A stretch of DNA of 64,000 nt from assembly GCA_904063045.1 (NCBI GenBank), contig CAJFCJ010000043.1, positions 65,581-129,580 of the forward strand, given 5' to 3'. Source of the stretch: Dimorphilus gyrociliatus. Its lineage: Eukaryota; Animalia; Annelida. The position numbers and the translations under genes are program-made. Below are positions 10,402 to 22,742 of this stretch, piece by piece (positions within the stretch are counted from its first letter, which is position 1; every line of letters starts with the position of its first letter). Below the pieces are notes generated by a model, which was not told where the DNA came from, ran no database searches, and was given only the letters and a program-made list of their open reading frames with translations.

Positions 10402-12697
10402 TTGCATTGTGAAGTGGTTAATAATATTGTTAAATGTTTAGGATCTCAATGCATAAATAATAGAAAATTCACTTTTCCAAAAAGAGATTGTTCAGAAATT
10501 ATTCCACCTTCAACAATATCAACTTTAACTTATTTCCAAACATTGAAACCTGGTTCAAATCAAGATGCTAAATTTACTACACCAAAAAATTGTCTCTTTT
10601 CAAATGTACCTAATTGTAGATCTGATAGTTTAATAGATGTAAACAACTTTTGTAGTTGTTCAAAATGTCTTGATAATTATATTTTATCAGAAGATAAAAG
10701 ACAATGTTTACATTGTTCAACTTTTACAACTCAGTGTGAAGTTTGCTCTCTGCTTAATTTATCACCAATTACAACTCAATGTTTAAAATGTCAAGTAGGA
10801 TATGATTTAATTCCAACTGGAAATGGAACTTGTATGAAATGCCAGGAAAATTGTCTTCAATGTTCAATGAATTTAGACAGTCCAGAAAGTAATAAATGTA
10901 CACAATGCTCTTATGGTTATGCTAAAAATTCAAATGGAAAATGTATTCAATGCCCAACCTATCCAATAAAATGTCTGGAGTGTAGAATTGATCCAAATAA
11001 TGATGAAAATACAATATGTTTACAATTTGGTTGTTCAAATTGTGCATCATTTAATGATCTAGATTTCACTTGTCAAAAATGCTCAATTAAAAATTGTCAA
11101 CTTTGTATTAGAGACCATTTGCTGAATGATAAATGTCTACTTTGCAATGAGTCATTTGTCATAGCAGATGATGGAAATTGTAAACAATGCACTTCTAATT
11201 GTAAAAAGTGTACAGATGAGTTTACATGTTTAGGAGATGGTTGTAACAAAGGATTTATTAAGGATAAACGCAATGGAAAATGTATTAGCTGTACCGGAAG
11301 TTCTGTTTTGTATTGTGAATATAAAAGTTTAAATTCAAATCAATTGATACCAAGAATATGTAAACAAGAATACGTACTCAATGTAACTGCAAATGTTTGT
11401 AGAGGTATAATGTTTTTTTATAATAAATCCAAAAAAATTAGGCATCTAATGAGTTAAATTATGTTTTTTTCTCTTTAGCATGTAGCAGAAACTGTCTGCA
11501 ATGTTCTGTAACAGGCGAAGGGAAATGTGATGATGGAAAGTGTAAATCTGGATATTTTATCTCTAATAGGCATTGTCATAAGATAATGATAAATTGTCAT
11601 CAGATGGATACGAGTTTTGAGAAATATTGCCTTAGATGTGTTGATGGGTATGCTTTGAATCATGGTCTTGATTATTGTCAAAAAATGCCCAGATGGTTGT
11701 AAAACTTGTCAAGGACATGCAGGTAATGAAGTTCTTAGCTGTCAACAAGAAGATTGTCTAGAAAATTACTATTTTTCTCCTAAATTATTACTATGTAGAA
11801 AATGTGAAACTTTTTGTAAGAAAATGCTCTGAATGCTTACCCAGCAGTGGTGTGATCACAGATAATGTAATTAAAAAATGTCGTCCCTGCTTAGATTTCA
11901 ATTGTTTAAATTGTCCATCACCTACACTTGATATCAGATTTGCAGTTTGTATTCAATGTAAAGATAGATACTATAAAACTGAAACAACTTGTGTAAAATG
12001 TCAACCAAATTGTTTACATTGTTCATCACATAGTGGAAGAGTAGTATACTGTAACAAATGTCTCCCAAATTATTATCTTTATAAACAGGAATGTCTTAAA
12101 TGTCCACCAACTGCTTTAGAATGTTCTTCTAATAAGATATGCACTAAATGCAAATCAACATATTCTCTTGGAAAGTATGGTTATTGTAAAATATGTTCAA
12201 GTGTTACATTTAATAATTGTCATACATGTACAGATTATATTTATAAACTGTCTGAATGTTTAACATGTAAACCATACTATGCTTTAAAAGGCGATAAATC
12301 GGGTTGTATTCATTGTCCAATTGATAATTGTCAAGTATGTACTTATGGGAAACAGTGTTTCAAATGTAAAAAAAATCATTATCTAATGAATTATAATACA
12401 AAATGTGGTAGGCATTGTTATAAGTGTAAGGGAGGGTTTTGTACAGACCATATTTACCTCTCAAAAGAAAAATCTAGTGTTAAATGTGGTTTTGGTGACT
12501 GTTGCTCAAGGAGAACAGCAGAAGATTATGAAAGAGGTTGTTCAAGAAGGCCATGCCCAAATAATACTCAAAATAGTTGTTTCGAGACTTGTGATTGGTT
12601 TAAATGTGAAAATTGCTGTAGAACTACAAAATGTAATATCAATCGTATAGATCATTATCCAAGAAATCTTGCTCATAAGTTATTAATTTTCTATTAA
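10402..12697 (+). CDS. Cysteine-rich CxxC-repeat (furin-like repeat) surface protein with a C-terminal Ly6/uPAR-like domain; 5'-truncated and frameshifted as written
   Basis: Dozens of CxxC...C..GY repeats. Intron 11405-11478 (gtataa...ctttag) joins in frame as R-A-C. One extra A in 'tgtaagaaaatgc' near 11820 shifts the frame. C-terminal CYKCKGGFC...CC..RT....ERGC...C...CC.TTKCN followed by a hydrophobic tail. No ATG or signal peptide at the 5' end. Confidence 0.8.
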
Positions 12698-13220
12698 TAT
12701 TTCACTTTTTTTTCTAGTATTTTCTTTTCATTTCTAATAATTTTTATATTTTAACTATTTACTGCTGAAATATATTGATAAATATTCATATAAGACTAAG
12801 ATTTTGTTAGATATTATGGCTCCATCTATTATAAATCAATATTATATTATTCAAATTTAATATTTTCCAATTGACAAAAAGTCATAAATTCCTGTACGCC
12901 AGTATAGAGATTTGTACTTTGTTGTAATGCAATTATAGGAATTTCTGCTTCTTCAGAACAAGAATTGTCTTTTCCAATGATTTATTAACTCACCAAGGTA
13001 CTCAAACAAATAGAACCTTTCAAGTTTGTCCACAAGTAGTCTTAAAAAATATAATTTTTTGTGATCAAAAGTCTTCCTTTAGTTCTAGACATTTCCATCC
13101 ATATTTTATATTTCTCAGGCAAGAATAAGATTTTTTATGCAAACATTCTGAAACTGCTACTTGTATTGTGATTGTATAAAAAGGGAGTTTGGTAAAGGTA
13201 AAGTTTTCATTTCTGTTTTT

Positions 13221-14390
13221 CTACAGAGAGATTTTAGAATAATTGATCAGTAAATTCTTTATCATTAAAATGTGTTCTTCATTCAAATCACAATTTCTAA
13301 CAGAGACATTCTTTAAAGTATCCAGTGATTTTGCAATTGCTATAAAAATATGATAAAGACCATTTCCAATGTTGCTATTCCAAGATAGATCAATTATTTC
13401 TAGTTTAGAACAATTTCTCAAAAGATTTCCTAAGTTTTTACAATGTTCTTCATTTAAATCACACCACTGTAACTCGAGATTTCTCAAATTATTTGAAGAT
13501 TTTTCAAGTCCTTGACAAATTTCAAAAAACCCATTTGCCATATTTTCATTGTTAGATAAAATTATTGTTTCTATTTTAGAGCAACTTTTCAGAAACTTTC
13601 CTATCTCTCTACTTTCTTTTTCATTTAAATTGCACAGTCTTAAATCAAGCATTTTTAAATTATTTGATGAATTTTTAAGACTTTGGCAAATATTAAACAA
13701 TTCATTTCCTATGCCACTATTTTCAGATATATCTAATGTTTCTATTTTAGAACAATTCTTAAGTAGATTTTCTATATCTCTGCATTGTCCTTCAGTTAAA
13801 TCACAATTGTAAAAATAAAGATGTTTTATAGTGTCTGAAGATGATTGAAGTCCAAGACAAATGTGAGAAAAACCATTTCCCATTTTACTACTGTTAGATA
13901 GATTTGTCACTTCTATTTTGGAGCAAGTCCTGATAAGATTTCCTAAATGTTTACATTGTTTTTCATTTAAATCACAAAATGACAAATTAATATATTTTAA
14001 TGTGTTTGATGATTGTTCAAGTCCTTCACAAATGTTCAAAAGACCATTTCCCATTTCATAATTTTCGGATAAATTGATTGCTTCTATTTTGGAACATTTT
14101 TTAAAAAGATTTCCCAAATTTATACATTGTTCTTCATTTAAATGACAATTTTTAAAATCAAGATTCTTTAAAGTATTTGAAGATATTTGAAGTCCTTGAC
14201 AAATATAAAAAAATCCAGTATCCATACTATAATTCCAAGATAGATCGATAGTTTCTAATTTAGGACAATTTCTGACCAGATATCCAATTTGTCTACTTGT
14301 TTTTTCATTCAAATGACATCTAATAAAACAAAGAGTACATAAAGAGTTTGATGATTTTTCAACCAATTTTAACATTTTATAGAAATCCAT
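13221..14390 (-). CDS. Intronless ribonuclease-inhibitor-type LRR protein (389 aa, six 57-aa units)
   Basis: Strictly alternating 29/28-aa repeats, e.g. IEAINLSENYEMGNGLLNICEGLEQSSNT / LKYINLSFCDLNEKQCKHLGNLIRTCSK. Paralogous to the LRR half of 44778-46406. Confidence 0.9.
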   Translation of the reverse strand: MDFYKMLKLVEKSSNSLCTLCFIRCHLNEKTSRQIGYLVRNCPKLETIDLSWNYSMDTGFFYICQGLQISSNTLKNLDFKNCHLNEEQCINLGNLFKKCSKIEAINLSENYEMGNGLLNICEGLEQSSNTLKYINLSFCDLNEKQCKHLGNLIRTCSKIEVTNLSNSSKMGNGFSHICLGLQSSSDTIKHLYFYNCDLTEGQCRDIENLLKNCSKIETLDISENSGIGNELFNICQSLKNSSNNLKMLDLRLCNLNEKESREIGKFLKSCSKIETIILSNNENMANGFFEICQGLEKSSNNLRNLELQWCDLNEEHCKNLGNLLRNCSKLEIIDLSWNSNIGNGLYHIFIAIAKSLDTLKNVSVRNCDLNEEHILMIKNLLINYSKISL

Positions 14391-15311
14391 TTGTTTTAGA
14401 TTTATTCTTTGTTAAATTCTTGATCTGTTCTTAAAAAACATTCCATTTTCAAAAAAAGAAGAAACTTAAGATAATAAATAATTACATTTTTATAAAAAAC
14501 CACTTTAGAATATAGTTTTCTCAAACAAAAATGTATTTAGTTTTCTTTTTCATAATTTATAACTAAAAACATGGCTGGCATCGGGTATTTCTAAAGTATG
14601 GACTTTTATCAGTTTTCATTATAGATATAGTCTATACAGACAAATTTTAGGTCTTACTAAAAGTGGCTTGTAAGTCTTTTTTTTAACCTGGGTCAAATAA
14701 TAAGATAAATGATCCTCTCCATTTGATTGTATTTCTTCTTTTCATTCCTTGTCCAATGTGTTAATGTATTTCTTTGCTTAGCTTTTAAGAGCTACTTGGT
14801 TCTTTCTGAAAACTGCATAAGTGGAATGAAAACTATAAAAAATTCTGGCCATTTTCAACCCACTTCTGGCTGTTTTCTATCATATTCAAATTAATATTAC
14901 AATGGACTTCTTAAGCCTACAAATTCTTTTAAAAACTTTTTTATTGATCTGCTCTCAAAAGATGGCGCTACTAGAAATAAATGTATAGTAGAGACTGAGA
15001 AAAATATTTGCACTCTATAAAAGTATTTACACCCAATGGTTATTTTGAATCTGCAACACGTTTACAAACAATGCATAGGCCTATATTTGTATTCAGTATG
15101 TTTGGCATTAATTAGGAAAATTGAATAGAAAAAATATTTTTATTGAGAAAGATATTATTTAAAAGATAATGGATTAGAACTATTATTAACCTGGAATTAA
15201 TAATATTGGAACGGATTAAGCATGCATAGAGATAAAGGATTTCACTAACAAATTGACATTTGTACAAACCAGGGTATTAACCCTAAACCTTTTCCATCTA
15301 ATTTGAATATA

Positions 15312-17066
15312 TTAATTTTTGACAAACTGAATAAATTTTGTTATTAGAAAATCTAAAAATTCAATAAGTGTTAAGACTGTTGCACCAAGAACTAATCCAA
15401 AAGCACCTCCAATATCTGATAAGAGTGCTAACCATGTATAGACTGGTCTGTCTGCGATCTCTTCCGAAAGCATTGACGAATAGAAAATATTTACAGCAAC
15501 CAGATCGTCGGGAATATATCCACTCAGATTAGTCATTCTCTTCACATTTTCCTTATAATTGTCCATAAATTTTGAGGAGGAGATTGTTGTATGAAATTGC
15601 AGATTATGACATTGACCTTCACAATGACATTGTGAAAATATTTCATCTCCGAAATAATGAATTGCATTCTCCTGAATGCATAGAAGATTGAAAGGTGAAC
15701 AGATGACAGACTTTTCGCTACCTTTCATACCAGGGGCTATACATTTACAAGTGTTTTCCATAAAATTTGTAAAGCATTGCCTTGAGCAATGGCTAAATCT
15801 ATAGTTAATATCCTCATTACAATTTCCATATGGATCACTTAGAAAGTTGGTCATTTTTAAAGTTGTTGATAGAAAATATTCATTACCATAAGTCACCTTG
15901 ACACTCTTCTCCAACATTTCTGGAGTATCCTTGGAATCATGAATTAAAATCTGTTTTTTATTATTCATTATTTGGCATTTTCTTTTTTTTATATATAAAC
16001 ATACTTACCCTAAATCCTGCTGACAATGAACTTGTTATTAAGTAATCCTTCTTTCTAGTGTTTAGTAAGACCTTTAAACCATTGGCAGCTCCTGCTGATT
16101 TTATAACCTTATCAGATTCTATAAACAATAAAAAAAAATTGTCAGTATTAGTTGTGTGTAGATGAAATCCTTGTCTGCCTAAAAGTGGCTGTCCTTTGAC
16201 ACTTAGAAACATATATTCATCAGGATGAAAGGTCCACGAATGATGGATTTTACCCCAAAAAGATTAAGTAACCGTTAAGAAATTCACCGGAATTGAATTG
16301 AAAACATCCACCCATATTCGTTTGAACCAGGGAGAAATTTCCTCCATTACAAGGTTGTTGTTTGAATGAACACTACTCACAAAAGAAAAAAACAAACTAT
16401 TAATTTTTCTTTTGATAAACAAAACGAAAATAAATATTTACATAGAAAATGGCGTTATCTATTTGTTGACCCAATTTTTTATACACTTGACCCCAATCCC
16501 AATACGAATTATTAGATAGAAATTTAGTTTCGTCACTAATTTCAAGTTTATTTTTTATCTTTTGTTCTCCATTGATAAATTTAGAAATCAGATTTTCCAT
16601 ATCTGTCAATAGGATATTGATTGAATAATTATTTTTTTATCATTTTCACTCTAACTCATGCCCCTCTCTCTCTCTTCCACATCTGTGGATTGAACTTACC
16701 TTTTGTTGTTGGATTTGGGCGGAAGTATCTATTTTCATTGCAAATAGTTATAGTTGGAAACTTAAGTTCTGAATTAGATATGATTTTAATTTCAGAAACT
16801 GTTTTATATTTTAAGAAGAAAGAGATACGATCGTGTAGTTGATAAATCATAAATCCAAATCCGAAAAGTACCAATAACAGCCAGATAAATCTCTTTAACA
16901 ATGAATTTTCATTGTTCCCTATATATTTTATTCCAATCATACTGATATTTTCGCAAAGATTTTTCCAATTCGTCTTCGAACCATAATGTATTTCTATCAC
17001 TTCCGGTGTTGTTATTTTACCTTTTTCATTGAATTCTTTAACTGTATTTGATAAATCACTTTCCAT
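15312..17066 (-). CDS. DEG/ENaC (ASIC-like) cation channel subunit, 5 exons
   Basis: TM1 KRFIWLLLVLFGFGFMIYQ, FPTITICN, CSFKQQPC...NF...TNMGGCFQFNSG, GLKVLLN, GFR|ILIH, Cys-rich thumb, TM2 LLSDIGGAFGLVLGATVLTLIEFLDF. Introns at 16699-16603, from 16441, near 16270-16210 and near 16005-15950. Confidence 0.95.
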
Positions 17067-19003
17067 TGTTTGTTTCTCTTTGAATAGTTGGCTATATGAT
17101 ATTTGTTAAAGGATGAGTAACATACGATAGCTATTCCACTTTGTAAGCCTATCATTGTTCTCTTTGTTGCAGGTGTTACGAGGTCACACTGTAGCTCGCA
17201 CAAGGTCAACTACTGGCAGTAACAAGCTAAAAAAAATAAAATAGAATCTTTATTTTTCAATCATCATTCTTTTCTCTGCATCAGTCTTTCTCTCTCTCTC
17301 CCTAATCGAGGGCAGACATAGTTGATAGTTCTCATACAGGAAGTAATAGTGTAAAGTCATTATGAAACTGCTAGAAAACGGCCAGTTTCCAACTTCTTAA
17401 AGAATATAGAATAAATATCTACATTTCTGTAACTTATGAGGAGTGTTATACTCTTTAAGATCATTGTAATTTTTCATGCATTTGGTTACACTCAGAATCA
17501 ATAATTTTATAGAAATTTGGTAAAATTTCCCCCATTTCAGCCTCTATCTAAAAACAGATGAGTTATCAAGGCTAATTTGCTTTCAATTCATCAAAACATT
17601 CCACCATTTTGTAATTATTATTTAATAGGGTTTATTCAGAAGAAATTAGTTTGAGTCAATTTTGAATAGTAAAATCATCTGTTAGCATATTTAAAATGAT
17701 ATATCAAGAATCTGGTGTAAAAATGAAACAATAGGAAGATGGCTTAGAGCAGTTATAGAAGCCAATGGCCTAGCCCTAACCCTAAAGTATTTCCTCCTAA
17801 ATGTTGGTTTGGGTTCAAAATTCTGTTGGTTAAATGACTCTTATCCTTGAATTATTCCACTGATATTATTTTCAATTTTCCACCTATTCAGCTATTTCTT
17901 GAAATGAATATTTTGTCCATAGGTATTACTAAACAGAGGATTGTGTGAGCAACATCAGTTGAGTTGTTTTCTATGCAAATTTCCTGTCTGTTTAGTACTA
18001 GGCGAGAATGAAATTTTAAGAGAAAAACATAAAAGACTATAGGTAAATTTCATACTTCAAAATTACTTACAATGAAAATGTATAAATGAAAAAAACTAGG
18101 CCTAAGAAATTTGATGCTAAACATTTTATAAAAACATAATTCAAATCTTAAAAGTTGATGTATTTTTCAGCAACAACCACTTTCTATTTATAGTTTTTAA
18201 GGCACATTGCAGTAAAAGAATTCATTCAAATCAAGTTTTTGAATGATAAGTGCCAATTTCAATATCTTTAAATGTCACAGTATTCTTCCTCTCATCTCAA
18301 TTAGCAAGTGTATCTTTATTTTATTGTTCATTCTACATCATTGATAGGTTGAATATGGCTCCAAAATTCCTAAATGGACAGGAGGTTCTGTTTGTTGGTT
18401 CTGCTCCATTTACTCTGGTTGAAGGGGTTGTCCATGATCCATGTGCAAGAAAATCGCATTGGGAGATTTTGTAAAGCAAATCTTTGATGAATACGAAATA
18501 ATACCGCAAGACTATTCGATCTGTAAAATTACAGTTGGAATATTGATGATCAGGGTAAGCTAACCCTTATCATTCTCTCCAGCTGAAACTAATCAATAAA
18601 AATGGCCAAATTGAATCACTATGTCTTTCTTAATATCTTATTAGAACAAACGATTTAAAATGGCGTCCAAAGAGAGTTAATCTATCTTGTTTGCTATGAA
18701 AGCATACCATATTGATCGATGTTGTTAAGGAAAAAATATGACAACGAATCAGTCTTCAATTCTTTAAGTTTCTACTAAACAGTAAAAATTACCATGAGGA
18801 TAAAACGTTAAAATATCTCAACGGTCTGTTTATTCTAAAAGAACAAACAAACAAAAGGGCAACTTCAATCGCAGTTCTGGGCGACTTCTGTTGATCCTAC
18901 TTAGAAGCATTGTATTATGTTGATGCATCAGTCACAGGAATAATTTAATTACATCAATTATAGATTAAAAGTTAGGGTTAACCCTGCCTAAGCTATTTAA
19001 AAA

Positions 19004-19939
19004 TTATGAAAAAAATCCAACTGCATTACTGCAATGATGTCCAAGATTGATTTTCTCTATTCTAGTACATCTTTTCAATAGATAATCGAATTCGCCACAG
19101 TACTGTTGATTATTAATATTGGAAAATTCAAAATTTAAACTTTTCAAACTATCTACGGATTGTAAAAGTCCATTGCAAACATGCAATAATCCACAACCAA
19201 TAGAATTATTATAAGAAATATTAATTATTTCAATTTTGAAGCAACTTTGTAAAAGAATACCCAAATTCTTACAGTTATTTTCCGTTAGATTACAACGTTC
19301 AAAATTCAAATTATTCAAAGTTTTCTTTGAATAGACAAGTCCTTTGAAAATATAATCCAATCCATTTTCAGTTTGGTAATTCTGTCCAAGATTTATTGAT
19401 TGAATATGAGAACAAACCTCTAAAAACTGTCCAATTTTCTGACAAATTTCTCTATTTAAATTATAGACTTTGAAATTCAGATGTTTTAAAGTGTTTGATG
19501 ATTTAACTAATCCGCATAAAATATTCTCTAATCCATGTTTTAAAAAGTTATTTCCGCCAAGACTGACAGATTCCAATTTAGAACAAAGTTTAAAAAATTG
19601 TTCAATCAATTCGTGACCTTCTTCAGAAATGTTACAATATAATAAATTGATATGCTTCAGAGTCTTAACCGATTCTGAAAGTCCATCAATAATATAGCAC
19701 AATCCAATTCCCAATCGATAATTCTTCGATAGATCAATTGATTCCAATTTTAGACAATTTTTAAAAAGATTCCCAATCTCTTTACAATGGTCTTTATTTA
19801 AATAACAATTGGGAAAATGTACTTTTCTTAGAGTACTTGAGAAATGACTAAGTTGTTTATAGAATTCTGATTGTTCTTTACCATATTTCTGATTTTTTTC
19901 CTTCAGAACAATTGCCTTCTCAGAAATGGATTTCAACAT
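19004..19939 (-). CDS. Intronless RI-type LRR ORF (311 aa), C-terminally truncated; possibly a decayed TRIM-LRR
   Basis: Same 29/28 alternating LRR. The ORF ends mid-repeat (IEKINLGHHCSNAVGFFS*) next to an 'agggttaaccctaac' repeat remnant. The N-terminal segment is coiled-coil-like. Confidence 0.8.
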   Translation of the reverse strand: MLKSISEKAIVLKEKNQKYGKEQSEFYKQLSHFSSTLRKVHFPNCYLNKDHCKEIGNLFKNCLKLESIDLSKNYRLGIGLCYIIDGLSESVKTLKHINLLYCNISEEGHELIEQFFKLCSKLESVSLGGNNFLKHGLENILCGLVKSSNTLKHLNFKVYNLNREICQKIGQFLEVCSHIQSINLGQNYQTENGLDYIFKGLVYSKKTLNNLNFERCNLTENNCKNLGILLQSCFKIEIINISYNNSIGCGLLHVCNGLLQSVDSLKSLNFEFSNINNQQYCGEFDYLLKRCTRIEKINLGHHCSNAVGFFS

Positions 19940-20980
19940 ATTTGTTATTATACCATATTAAAATACCATTCTAAAAAAGCATCTTTGCAAAATCTCCACC
20001 TGATTTTTCATTAGACAAACTTCATTTCACTTGTGACTTTAAACAAGGACTGATCTTTTTATGCCAGTCTGTTTTGCTTAAATACCTAACTATTAAGTAT
20101 TACATTATTACACCAGCATTCGTAATACACTTTTAGCTTTAACCATTTTAAAAACCATGAAATATATTTTGGTTAGAGACACCAAAAAAGAGACGAACTT
20201 TGTGGACAACAATAAGAGTTTATTTACATAAATATTATGTAACTATTGAACCTTTGCTAGTTGATTTTTAAGCTAAAAGTAAATATGCATACTTATTCAA
20301 CAATATTTCATCAAGGTAAAAAAGGCCTATTTAAAAATATTCTTGGAAGATTGTAATAAAAATGTTTTTTTGCGAAAACCAACAGGACAGGCCTCAACTT
20401 GATCTCAGATATAAAAATATCTTCCTTGACCACCATTCACATTATTAACAACACAACTGGTTGATTAGGCAAGGGAGAAAGGTGAAGGATTTAACTAGCT
20501 AAAATCAAATGGGAAATTGACTTGAATCTTGTAAATATAATATCAAGTAGAAATATGAATCAGTTCAGTGCATGTTCTAATCCCTTTTCAGTAGTTTTAG
20601 TTTTCAGAGTGTCCAACAGATGGCGTTGTAGATGTTTGTATACAAAGTTTTCAAATCAATTAATAACCTTTAAGCCCCTATAATTATCTTAACTATATAA
20701 ATTTTCTTTATTCTCTATATGGATATTTAACATTATTGGATATTATCCAACAATTTTTGTTGGATTTTTCAAAATACAAATACAAAATGAAATCAAATTA
20801 TTTATATAAATGAGTATAATCTACCCCTAGCGGTAATTTTTTTTGTTTAGTTTTTCTCTAGTTATCTCCTCTTCCAAAAAAACTTTTATTTTCCTAGAAC
20901 AAAAAAGATTTGAGTATATAAATATTCTATTTTTTTATTAGACAAAAGAATAATGTTGTGTCTTACTTGTAAATATATCA

Positions 20981-21229
20981 TTAGCCGAATAATGTAACTA
21001 GCATTGTAATTATAACAACTACTGGAACAATTACGGCTAATAAATTTATATGTTTCTTTACTAGTTTACACGGCTCTTTGTTCTGTTGATCAGAATGAGG
21101 AAGATGTACAACTTCAACTGGAGGAGAATCCTGATTAGCAACAGGCATGGGAACAGTATAAGCAGGAGGAGCACAATATGTAGAATTACATGCTTCACTA
21201 TATGAAGGTGGTGATCCCCTATCATTCAT
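20981..21229 (-). CDS. Small single-pass membrane protein with two PPxY motifs
   Basis: 82 aa: SPPSYSEA and APPAYTVP, Pro-rich linker, C-terminal hydrophobic helix LLAVIVPVVVIITMLVTLFG. Codon composition is more GC-rich than the flanks. Confidence 0.6.
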   Translation of the reverse strand: MNDRGSPPSYSEACNSTYCAPPAYTVPMPVANQDSPPVEVVHLPHSDQQNKEPCKLVKKHINLLAVIVPVVVIITMLVTLFG

Positions 21230-21544
21230 AACGGGATTTCTTTTGATTATATAATATCTTATATCTATTGTTCAAATAGAGCATTTGAAAACCAAAATGA
21301 CATTAGCATTTATTTATTTTTTATCTATATATAATAAAAATATTAAACATGGAAACTCTGAATAATAAATGTGTACCATAAATATCTTCAATAAAAAATT
21401 TATTATTTAACCATATTTTCTATAAAATTCAATATCTCTGATAATAAAATTCCACATAAGTCGTAAATGAATGATAATTATTCAAATGCTGCCTTTGCTT
21501 TAAATACTGTCATATTAAGTGTTTTTAATGTATGAAATATCTAA

Positions 21545-21720
21545 ATATGGTATGTGGATGGTACTTTTTAAAATTGACAATGATCCATTTCTCCATATGT
21601 TCTCAACTCATGGATGGATCGATGATGATTTATGCATTTAGGCTGTAAATGAATTAACTGGCCACATCTCTGTTCAAAAAATTGTTTTGGACTATGAGAA
21701 GGCCATTTGGAATTTCTACC
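21545..21720 (+). mobile_element. MULE (Mutator-like) transposase DDE-core remnant
   Basis: WYVDGTF(fs)KIDNDPFLHMFSTHG ... KIVLDYEKAIWN matches the MULE motifs W..DGTFK.P..F.QL.SIH and .DFE.A. One frameshift, one stop and an internal deletion. Confidence 0.75.
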
Positions 21721-22742
21721 TCTTCAGAACAGTATTCGTCCTTTCAAATCAACATTGACATGCATCTTTTCGACATTCTTGTTCCTTTGTTAATTTCATA
21801 GTGGCTCCATCTATTATGGACAAAGAATCTATTTCCTACAAAATAAAAGTGCAACTACTCTTCAAAATCATAGTAATAACTAATGCGCTGAAGTGCACAA
21901 TTCCTTAATAATGCTCTTTAGAAAACTTCACACTTAGCTCAATACTATTATATCTAAATGCTTTATAATGTGAGAACGCACCTGTTAGCAAATATTTCCA
22001 ACCCTGAAAACATTTTAGGAAAGGGTTAGTTTGAATATTTGAATGAATTTATTGTTAGAGGGACTCCAATGTGCTAATTTGAATATAAGTTGTTATATCA
22101 GAAGTGGGTGAGAAACTGTACCTCAGTTGTTATTCTTTATAATCAGACTTTAGATATAAAGGAAATGTAAAAGTTTTCTTTTTGTACGAATTAGAATGAG
22201 GGAACTTTAGAAAGACTTCTTTCTCTAGAGAGACTTTATTGGGCGTACCAGATATACAATGCTATTGTTAGGCTTTTATATTCAAAAGAGTTGAATTGAG
22301 TTGAGTTTGCAGAAGTGCACACTCTGAGACATTTACTCTATGGGATGTTTTTTCAATAAGATATTGATCCTTGTCCCTGATTAGGTAGGAAATGTCATAA
22401 AACTGAATAAACAATTTTATGGACAAACTTGAAATGTTCTGTTTGTGTGAGTACTTTGGTGAGTTGATAAATAATTGGAAAAGATGAATACTGTTCTAAA
22501 GAAGCATAAAATTTCAACAATTTTGGTAGAAATGAATCAACAAAACAAAAAAGTATTTTGCCCAAAGAATATGTATTGAATAAAATGAGTTTATAATTCT
22601 AAACAAGCAAGTTTAAAACAACTAGCTAACAGTTTGAAAACTAAACTATCAACTATTGATTTTGTATGGTTTAATATTCATATATCTATTAGTTAAAAGC
22701 TGTTAGAAATCTTCTTTAATTCTTTTTCATCATTATTAAAGG

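Noticed and set aside
10402-12697. Horizontal transfer or contamination from a protist (Giardia VSP-like CxxC protein)
   Set aside because: It has a host-type short intron, standard genetic code and host-like composition, and lacks the CRGKA tail. CxxC repeats are common in animals.
17730-17770. Tc1 C-terminal trace WLRAVIEANG
   Set aside because: Only about 10 codons with no other motif or TIR nearby; too short to annotate.
18250-18900. Possible integrase tail or LINE endonuclease (IAVLGDF) remnants
   Set aside because: Single short motifs in stop-ridden frames.
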